Assembly (NCBI GenBank): GCA_964244605.1
Contig: CAXTJS010000002.1
Location: 3,884 to 46,616, forward strand
Source of the DNA: an uncultured Terriglobus sp.
Lineage (GTDB): Bacteria > Acidobacteriota > Terriglobia > Terriglobales > Acidobacteriaceae
Reading direction: 5' to 3'
DNA: 42,733 nt
The notes under the pieces were generated by a model. The model made no database searches, was not told the origin of the DNA, and worked only from the letters and a program-made list of their open reading frames with translations. The position numbers and the translations under genes were made by a program. Of this stretch, positions 35,859 through 42,733 are shown in pieces (positions within the stretch are counted from its first letter, which is position 1; every line of letters begins with the position of its first letter).

Positions 35859-37628
35859 GTGTTCCTGAGCAAAGGTCATACCCTCTCCTTCTCTGCATAC
35901 GCGGCTGCACTTTTCTGCGCTGTCGCTGCAGTCGGCACTGCGCAGAAGCCGCCAACAGCCGTGCTGCGCGTGGAGGCCCGCATCGTGTACGTCGACGTCG
36001 TGGTCAGGGATGGGGCGGGCAAAATCGTGCACGGCCTGCAAAGCGCTGACTTTACGCTGGCCGAATCCAAACAGCCGCAACGCATCGCCGTCTTTGAAGA
36101 ACACACCTCGAAGATGGCGCTGGATGCGGTAGCCCGCCGTGCGGCGAGCAAGCAGCCGGCAGAGTACAGCAACGTCGCGCCGGATGCGCAGGACACCTCA
36201 CTCAACATGGTGCTGCTTGACCTGCTCAACACCTCACCGGTAGACCAGGCGTACGCACGCCAGCGCATGATCTCGTTTCTGAAGCAGCTGCCGCCGGGTC
36301 GTCAGGTTGCACTCTTTGTGCTCAACAACGGCCTGCACATGATTCAGGGCTTCACCACGGACTCCGCTGCCCTGGTTAAGGCGGCCGATGAGATCGACAT
36401 CAAGCAACTCAGCCGCCTGCGTACGCCGGGCCAGCAGGTGACCGACAATGACAGTGCCGCATATGTCGACTTCGCACTGACGGGCGGTACCGGTGCCATT
36501 TCAGCTGGCGGGCTTTTGCAGAAGTATGCCGGGATTGCAGACGTGGAGAACATGAAGCTGCGGCTGGATGCCACGAACAGCGCCTTCCTGGAGCTGGCAC
36601 GGGCCGTGAACGGCTACCCGGGCCGGAAGAATCTCTTCTGGCTTGCGGGCCAGTTCCCTTCCTCAACGTATTTCACCCTGCAGAACATCTCGACAAGTGG
36701 GCCGCGTTCGATTCCTACGCCGGGCGGAGTCCGTCAGGACACCGAACGCGAACGCGAGAGCTTTGCTGGGACAGGAGGCTCCTCAGGACTGGCACTGCGC
36801 AATTTCAGCGAAAAGGCCGATCGCGCCATCGCCGACTCGCAGATCGCCGTGTATCCCACCAGCCTGGTGGGCGTGCAGATCGACAACGTCGGCGCGGACC
36901 AGCAAGGCTTCGGTTCTGCCGGCGAACAGGCCTCGGCGACTGCGTCGCTCTACTTCAACGAAAGGCAGACCGGCCGGGCAGTGATGGAGCATATTGCCAG
37001 CGAGACCGGTGGCGAAGCCTTCTACGGCAACAACGATCCTGCGGCAATGCTGCAGCGCGGCTTTGAAGACGGCGAGAACTACTACTCGCTTGCGTATGAG
37101 CCGACAGATCATGCGTGGAACGACAAGTATCGGTCCATTTCGGTATCGATCAAAGGGCGGCCTTACAAGTTGAGCTATCGCCGCGGCTACTTCGCCCTTG
37201 CGGAGCAGCCCACCGGCAACGCGCTTCAGCAGTTTGCAAAGGCCATGCGGATCGAATCGCCGCCGTCCACCATGCTGGTGTTGCATGCCCTGCCGCCAGC
37301 CACCGGCCCGGATGGCCAGACCGAGTGGAGTCCCACTCTGGATCTACACGGGGTAGCCTTCCGCTACAACGAAGCAACGGGGGAACGCCGCGCAAAGCTG
37401 CAGGTGCTGTTGATTGCGTATCCTGCGCAGCCGGGGGTTCCTCCCGTGGAAGTGAATCACATGCTTGACCTTGGGCTCACGGAGGAGGACTACCGCCGCT
37501 ATCTTGGGAGCGGCGTCCCGATCGGGCTCAAGCTCAACCTTCCCGCAGGCCGGTATGCACTGCGGGCGGGCGTCCTGGACGTGGGCAGCGGCCGCGTCGG
37601 AACGCTCACGGTCCCCACAAGCCGCTAA
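35859..37628 (+). CDS. Acidobacterial VWA-domain protein
   Basis: 'IVYVDVVVRD..GKIVHGL', 'LLDLLNT', 'PGRKNLFWLAGQFP', 'TGGEAFY', 'YYSLAYEP', 'YRRGYF'; start GTG 35859 or 35817. Confidence 0.85.
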   Translation: MFLSKGHTLSFSAYAAALFCAVAAVGTAQKPPTAVLRVEARIVYVDVVVRDGAGKIVHGLQSADFTLAESKQPQRIAVFEEHTSKMALDAVARRAASKQPAEYSNVAPDAQDTSLNMVLLDLLNTSPVDQAYARQRMISFLKQLPPGRQVALFVLNNGLHMIQGFTTDSAALVKAADEIDIKQLSRLRTPGQQVTDNDSAAYVDFALTGGTGAISAGGLLQKYAGIADVENMKLRLDATNSAFLELARAVNGYPGRKNLFWLAGQFPSSTYFTLQNISTSGPRSIPTPGGVRQDTERERESFAGTGGSSGLALRNFSEKADRAIADSQIAVYPTSLVGVQIDNVGADQQGFGSAGEQASATASLYFNERQTGRAVMEHIASETGGEAFYGNNDPAAMLQRGFEDGENYYSLAYEPTDHAWNDKYRSISVSIKGRPYKLSYRRGYFALAEQPTGNALQQFAKAMRIESPPSTMLVLHALPPATGPDGQTEWSPTLDLHGVAFRYNEATGERRAKLQVLLIAYPAQPGVPPVEVNHMLDLGLTEEDYRRYLGSGVPIGLKLNLPAGRYALRAGVLDVGSGRVGTLTVPTSR

Positions 37629-37939
37629 GCGTTTGTGTTCATTCCGACCGCTTTTGACGCCGCACACTGCACCGCGGGAAGAATGCCCGGAAGCTGCCTC
37701 CCTCTCAAGCTGCACTCACGCCGGGGAGGACTCAGTGATGTGCGCCAGAACCGCTCTACTTGGCAACGACAGAGCTGCTACGAATCTGCTTCGCCGCTGC
37801 CGCTGCGCTGTCGTCAGCACTATGCCTAAACACCGCCGAGACAGCACAGAAGTAGCCGCCGCAATTCACGGAAGCCGAGAAGCGTACATCCTAGCGACGC
37901 GCATCCGTTCAGTCTCTGGGTTGCCGGACGACCCAAGCC

Positions 37940-40009
37940 CTATCGTGCGGTACTTACAAGCTGGCTGAGCGCATCGAGGAAGGTGAAGCGCACCAGCGCC
38001 GATGGCTTCTTCGCCTCAGCGATCCTCGCCTGCACGCGTTCCTTCCAGCCTCCCGGCATCGATCCCGGCGTCCCAACGTATCGCAATGCATCCAGACCAT
38101 CTTGGCTCAAGGCGGCGAGCTGCTCCGAACGCACTCGCATGGGTTCCAGGCGCGGTGCGGAGGCGATCTGTTTCTGCACAGCAGGCACAGAGGCGGCTGT
38201 GTTCCGGAAGAATTGCTCAAGCGCAACACGCGCGGCAACGGTTTCTGCATCGGTGCCAGCGGAGTTGGCGACGACCCGCTTCGCCGCAAGATCTAGCTGA
38301 TGATGGATCGGCGGGTCGGGCCGCACCGCATCTACGAACCCGGTGAGAGGCGTGAGCTGTGAGGTGTGCTGCTGGTGATAGCGCTCCCCGAAGCTCACCG
38401 GCTCAAACGCGAGCGAGAAGGTGCGCAGCGCCGCAATGTCCTCTGATCCTGCCAGAGAGCGTAGACCGTTGTCCGTGACGGAGACGTGTTTCAGCCCGAG
38501 ACTCTCCAGCTCCAGCGACACTCCAGTCAGGCGCGCGTACATGTCGTCCACATCGCGCACGCTCTGCGCGGACCAGAACCTTTCCGAGATGGCAGCCGTG
38601 CGCGGCCAGATGCGGGAGTCGATGGTGCGCTGGTCAAGATGCTCAGCCCACATGCATACCTCGCCGCCAAGGATCAGCTTCTGCTGCTCCGTCGAAAGCT
38701 TGGTGTCCGCTGGTACAGGGTCGGCCAGGTAGTGAACGCCGGCAGGCTTCATGCCGTCGAGGTAATACGGCGCGGAGAGCACACCCTGGTAGCCCTGCTG
38801 TGCACCCTTTGCCAGCGACGCCTCGCCGCGCCAGGACTGCACGACCACGTCCTTCGGCAGCGCGGGATTGAAGATTTCATCCCACCCCACCATGCGCCGG
38901 TTCAGCTTGGCGAGTATGGCGAGCACCCGGCCGTTGAAGTAAGCCTGCAAGGCATCGTTGTCGGCGAGGTCATGTGCCTTTTTGAACTGGACGATCTTTG
39001 GATTCGTCTTCCACTCCGGTGCCGGCGTCTCGTCACCGCCGATGTGCAAGTAGCTGTCGGGGAAGATCCCTGCCATCTCGCCGAGGAACTGCTCCAGGAA
39101 CTTGTAGGTCTCTTCGCGGGTAGGATCGATCGCCACGTCGGAGATGCCGAACTCTCTACGGATGCCATCCGGGGCCGGGCCGCTGGCAAGCTCAGGGTAG
39201 GCGACGAGCCAAGCTGTGGAGTGCCCGGGCATCTCGAACTCCGGCACCACGCGGATGCCGCGGTCACGGGCGTAACGGATCAGCCCCCGTGCCTCCTCCT
39301 GCGTGTAGAAGAGACCGTCGGAACCGTTGGCCGTCAGCTTTGGAAAGACCTTGCTCTCGATGCGGAAGCCCTGGTCATCCGTGAGGTGCCAGTGAAAGAC
39401 GTTGAGCTTTACCGCCGCCATCGCGTCGATGTTCCGCTTGAGTACGTCAATTGGTTCGAAGTGACGGCTGCAATCGATCATGAGTCCGCGCCAGCGAAAG
39501 CGCGGCGCGTCTTGGATCGTCACGGCGGGCACCACGTACCCACTGTCTCCAGGCTGGACGAGTTGGACCAGCGTCTGGAGCGCGTGCATCGCCCCCAGCG
39601 TATCCGCTGCCTGAATGCGAACAGCTGTTGCGTTCACCTCCAGCGTATAGGACTCATCGTCCTCGACGCCCTGCACCGGCGATCCATCCGCTCCGATGGA
39701 GATCGTTACCGTTCCGGTCCCATTCGCGAGTTGCCTTGGCAGCGGCGTCCCTGTCTTGTCCTCAAGGCGCTTCCAAGTGCGCAGCGCTGCTGCCTGCAGT
39801 CGTTCCGAATGCGGCCCCGCAAGCGAGACACTGAACTGCGGAGTGACCGGCAGCGAACCCGTGCGAATCTGCACCGAGGCGGGCAGTGGCATGAGCGCGC
39901 TGCGTGCCTCCGGGCTTCGTTGCGCTTGAGCAGTGGGTGCAACCCACAGCAAAACGACAAGCAGTGAGGCAAGGGACTGAGGCTTCCAACGATCAATCAT
40001 CATGAGCAC
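37940..40009 (-). CDS. Beta-N-acetylhexosaminidase (GH20)
   Basis: 'DAPRFRWRGLMIDCSRHF', 'FHWHLTDDQG', 'PEFEMPGH', catalytic 'HIGGDE', 'GGEVCMWAE', 'WPR'. Exact start uncertain. Confidence 0.93.
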   Translation of the reverse strand: MLMMIDRWKPQSLASLLVVLLWVAPTAQAQRSPEARSALMPLPASVQIRTGSLPVTPQFSVSLAGPHSERLQAAALRTWKRLEDKTGTPLPRQLANGTGTVTISIGADGSPVQGVEDDESYTLEVNATAVRIQAADTLGAMHALQTLVQLVQPGDSGYVVPAVTIQDAPRFRWRGLMIDCSRHFEPIDVLKRNIDAMAAVKLNVFHWHLTDDQGFRIESKVFPKLTANGSDGLFYTQEEARGLIRYARDRGIRVVPEFEMPGHSTAWLVAYPELASGPAPDGIRREFGISDVAIDPTREETYKFLEQFLGEMAGIFPDSYLHIGGDETPAPEWKTNPKIVQFKKAHDLADNDALQAYFNGRVLAILAKLNRRMVGWDEIFNPALPKDVVVQSWRGEASLAKGAQQGYQGVLSAPYYLDGMKPAGVHYLADPVPADTKLSTEQQKLILGGEVCMWAEHLDQRTIDSRIWPRTAAISERFWSAQSVRDVDDMYARLTGVSLELESLGLKHVSVTDNGLRSLAGSEDIAALRTFSLAFEPVSFGERYHQQHTSQLTPLTGFVDAVRPDPPIHHQLDLAAKRVVANSAGTDAETVAARVALEQFFRNTAASVPAVQKQIASAPRLEPMRVRSEQLAALSQDGLDALRYVGTPGSMPGGWKERVQARIAEAKKPSALVRFTFLDALSQLVSTAR

Positions 40010-40103
40010 CTTCTGACTTGCTATGCCGGCGCGGCGACCAGACTCTCGAGAGCCTAACCCGCACCGGACGGACTGACGAACTAAAGGCCGGCACTCATTG
40101 ACG

Positions 40104-42662
40104 CTACTGCGGTGGCGGCGTTTGCGGTCGCGCGTTGGTCACGCGCACGCCGTTTTCCGGCGGGGTATAAGGCTTGTACGGCCCCACAGGTGACGGAACG
40201 AGTGCTGACTTTCCAGGAGCTGCGGGGGCCGGCGGCGCGGCATCGTTCGGCATGGTATCGGCAGGTGCGTCCGCTGGCGGAGCAGGTGTGGGCGCGGGTG
40301 CGGCGGCGTCCGGCTTGGCGGGAATTGCGTCCGTGTCGTCGTTGTCCTCGTCCGTGTCGTCGCTCTTCGCGAGCTTGGCTGGGGCCGCGTTCTCATCCGA
40401 GGTTGGCGCGACGTCGAGCGTCTTCTTGATCGCGCCGCTTGGGAACTGCTCGTTCGGCGTGCGCGCGATCGCGGCCTTCATAAAGGTGATCCACGCCGGT
40501 AGCGCTGCGCGTGCGCCAGTCTCTTTCTCGCCCAGCGGAATGCGGTTGTCGTAACCGATCCAGGTGCCGCAGGTGATCGACGGCGAGAAGCCCACGAACC
40601 AGGCGTCGGTGTAGTTGTTGGTCGTGCCGGTCTTGCCGCCGAGCGGATGCTTCAACTGCGCACCTGCGGTTGCAGCGGTGCCGAAGGTAGGCACGGCCTT
40701 GAGGAAGGTCATCATCGTGCGCGCCGTCTCCACGGAGATGACCTCGCGCGCGCGAGGCGCAATCTGCTTCAGCGGCAGGCCATCGGCCTGCACTACGCGA
40801 CGGATGACGTGCGGCTCCACGCGGATGCCGTCGTTCGGGAAGACCGCATAGGCGCCCACCTGCTCATTGAGCGTGAGGCTTGCGGAGCCGAGCGCGACCG
40901 GCAGAAACGCCGGAATGTTCTGCGTGATGCCGAAGCGATGCGCGACCTCAATCACCTTGCGTATGCCGACCTTGTTCGCCAGCTTGAGAGCAGGGATATT
41001 GCGCGACTCCGCAAAGGCCGCCACCAAAGACATGGTGCCCTTGTAGTCTGGCTCGTAATTGTGCGGGGTGTAGGGGCCGTTCGGTGTGTAGAAGCTCGTC
41101 GGCGCATCGACGATGGTGTCGGTCGGCTTGCTGCCTGCCTCGACCGCGGCGGTATACACATATGGCTTGAAGGACGAACCCACCTGCCGCTCAGCCTGCG
41201 TGGCGCGGTTGAACTGCGACAGGTTGTAGTCGCGGCCGCCAACCATGGCGAGCACTTCACCGTTGCTGTTGTCCATCGCCATCAGGGACGCCTGGGCGCC
41301 GGAGTCCTGTTGCAGCGACGCGTGCATGGTGCCGGTGGCGGGCACGTCCTCAATGCGCACATAGGCGATGTCGCCGCGCTGCACGAGGTTGTCGGCGTAG
41401 GTGGTTGTCCACGCCCAGTCCTGCGGCAGAATCTCGGCGTAGCGGCGGCCCACGCGTACGATCACGTGGCGCTTGTCGGCCTGCAGCACCAGCGCGTGGA
41501 AGTAGCTGCCCTTCTCTGGCGCGGCGACCCAGTCAGGGTGCGCATAGGTTTCGAGGTCCTGCCCGGCGGCGACGATATTCTGCAGCTTGCCCTTCCAGCC
41601 GTGGCGGCGCTCGTAGTCCGCGGTGTTGTCGAGCACGGCCTTTTCCGCCACCTGCTGCAGGTCGAGGTCCAGCGTGGTCTGCACGCGCAGGCCCGTGCCG
41701 TGCACGCGGTCGGAGCCGTACTCCTGCTCAAGCTGGCGGCGGACCTCTTCGACGAAGTACGGTGCGACCGTGGTGGGTGGCGTCTCGATGTGCAGGCCGA
41801 GCGGCGCCCGCGTAGCGCTGCTGTACTGGTCCTGCGTGATCTTGCCGTCCTTCAGCATCTCGCTCAGCACGAGGTTGCGGCGGCGCAGCGCGCGGTCTGG
41901 CCGGCGAATGGGCGAGTAGCCGTACGGCCCCTTCGGCAGCGCTGCAAGCAAGGCCGCCTCTGGCAGGCTCAGGTCGCGCGCATGCTTACTGAAGTAGTAT
42001 TCGCTGCCCGCCTCAAAGCCGTAATTACCGCTGCCCAGGTAAATCTGATTGCAGTAGAGCTCGAAGATCTGCTGCTTGGTAAAGTGCCGCTCGATCTGAA
42101 TGGAGAGCAGGATTTCCTGGATCTTACGCGTGTACGTCTGCTCAAACGACAGGAACAGGTTGCGCGAGAGCTGCATTGTGAGCGTGGACGCGCCCTGCCG
42201 CCGCCCCTTCGATTTCAAGTCGACAACTGCCGCGCCCACCGCGCGGAAAAGGTTGATACCGGCGTTGCTCTCGAAGCTTTTGTCCTCGATAGAGAGAATG
42301 GCGTCGTGCAACACGGGCGGGATCTCGTTGTAGGAAACGACGATGCGCTTCTCAAGCGCGAACGAGCCGAAGACGCGGCCGTGCACGTCGAGCAGCTCCG
42401 TGGTGGTGCTGGGGCGGTAGTGCTCCAGGTCTTCAATCTGCGGCAGGTCTGTGACGGAGACGAGCGTCAGGCCAAGCAGGCAGCCGAAGAGGGCCGACAG
42501 CCCGAGCAGCGATAGAAAGATGGCGCGGCGCGCCTTGGCCCGCGTAGGAAACCAGCGGTACCAATAGCCGCGCAGGCTTTGCGGCAGCCAGCCGGGCGCA
42601 CTGCCGTCGTGCTGCGGGGCAGCTGCTTTTGACTCCGGTTCGCGGGTGAAAAGGCTCGGCAC
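40104..42662 (-). CDS. mrcA: Penicillin-binding protein 1A (class A PBP)
   Basis: Glycosyltransferase motifs 'IEDKSF', 'GASTLTMQL', 'RKIQE'; transpeptidase motifs 'SSFK', 'SRN', 'KTGT'; Pro/Ala/Asp-rich tail. Confidence 0.93.
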   Translation of the reverse strand: MPSLFTREPESKAAAPQHDGSAPGWLPQSLRGYWYRWFPTRAKARRAIFLSLLGLSALFGCLLGLTLVSVTDLPQIEDLEHYRPSTTTELLDVHGRVFGSFALEKRIVVSYNEIPPVLHDAILSIEDKSFESNAGINLFRAVGAAVVDLKSKGRRQGASTLTMQLSRNLFLSFEQTYTRKIQEILLSIQIERHFTKQQIFELYCNQIYLGSGNYGFEAGSEYYFSKHARDLSLPEAALLAALPKGPYGYSPIRRPDRALRRRNLVLSEMLKDGKITQDQYSSATRAPLGLHIETPPTTVAPYFVEEVRRQLEQEYGSDRVHGTGLRVQTTLDLDLQQVAEKAVLDNTADYERRHGWKGKLQNIVAAGQDLETYAHPDWVAAPEKGSYFHALVLQADKRHVIVRVGRRYAEILPQDWAWTTTYADNLVQRGDIAYVRIEDVPATGTMHASLQQDSGAQASLMAMDNSNGEVLAMVGGRDYNLSQFNRATQAERQVGSSFKPYVYTAAVEAGSKPTDTIVDAPTSFYTPNGPYTPHNYEPDYKGTMSLVAAFAESRNIPALKLANKVGIRKVIEVAHRFGITQNIPAFLPVALGSASLTLNEQVGAYAVFPNDGIRVEPHVIRRVVQADGLPLKQIAPRAREVISVETARTMMTFLKAVPTFGTAATAGAQLKHPLGGKTGTTNNYTDAWFVGFSPSITCGTWIGYDNRIPLGEKETGARAALPAWITFMKAAIARTPNEQFPSGAIKKTLDVAPTSDENAAPAKLAKSDDTDEDNDDTDAIPAKPDAAAPAPTPAPPADAPADTMPNDAAPPAPAAPGKSALVPSPVGPYKPYTPPENGVRVTNARPQTPPPQ

Positions 42663-42733
42663 GGCAAAGCTACGGTATCACGCAGCACCGGCACGTCGCG
42701 GGGCAGCGCTCCGCCAGATGCAGCATCTATGCC

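Noticed and set aside
37629-37939. 310-bp spacer between convergent VWA and GH20 genes as an sRNA or small-ORF locus
   Set aside because: No convincing stems, repeats, terminator or SD-led ORF found by eye.
40104-40420. Pro/Ala/Asp-rich PBP1A tail (and similar linkers in SPOR and DUF1844 proteins)
   Set aside because: Ordinary low-complexity disordered regions with no tandem DNA repeat unit.

Overview
High-GC bacterial chromosomal window whose gene content (Oar-like TonB-dependent receptors, VWA, CRTAC1/UnbV, TPR and GT-C membrane proteins) suggests an Acidobacteriota (Terriglobia-like) genome; this is inference. About 30 CDSs: envelope genes (TPR, NfeD, beta-barrel, SPOR), a cell-wall recycling run (GT-C, DapF-like, LD-carboxypeptidase, Mpl, PlsC), nucleoside salvage (mtnP, PfkB) interrupted by a lower-GC DarT-like gene, a stand-alone zinc-ribbon-less rpsD with a small Cys-rich partner, ygfZ-DUF1844-MBL-ribF, two TonB-dependent receptor loci, a decaying merT/merP pair, two VWA proteins, a GH20 hexosaminidase and PBP1A. 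Three families of palindromic REP/MITE-like elements are present. No rRNA, tRNA, CRISPR array or transposase was recognised. Best leads: (1) a DapF with both catalytic Cys replaced by Ser inside a muropeptide-recycling operon; (2) an SD-sequestering, switch-like leader on the rpsD paralog; (3) a structured two-state element upstream of a receptor with a plug Cys pair plus a secreted thioredoxin; (4) an orphan DarT-like gene directly behind a REP element. All calls come from reading motifs by eye; no searches were run.
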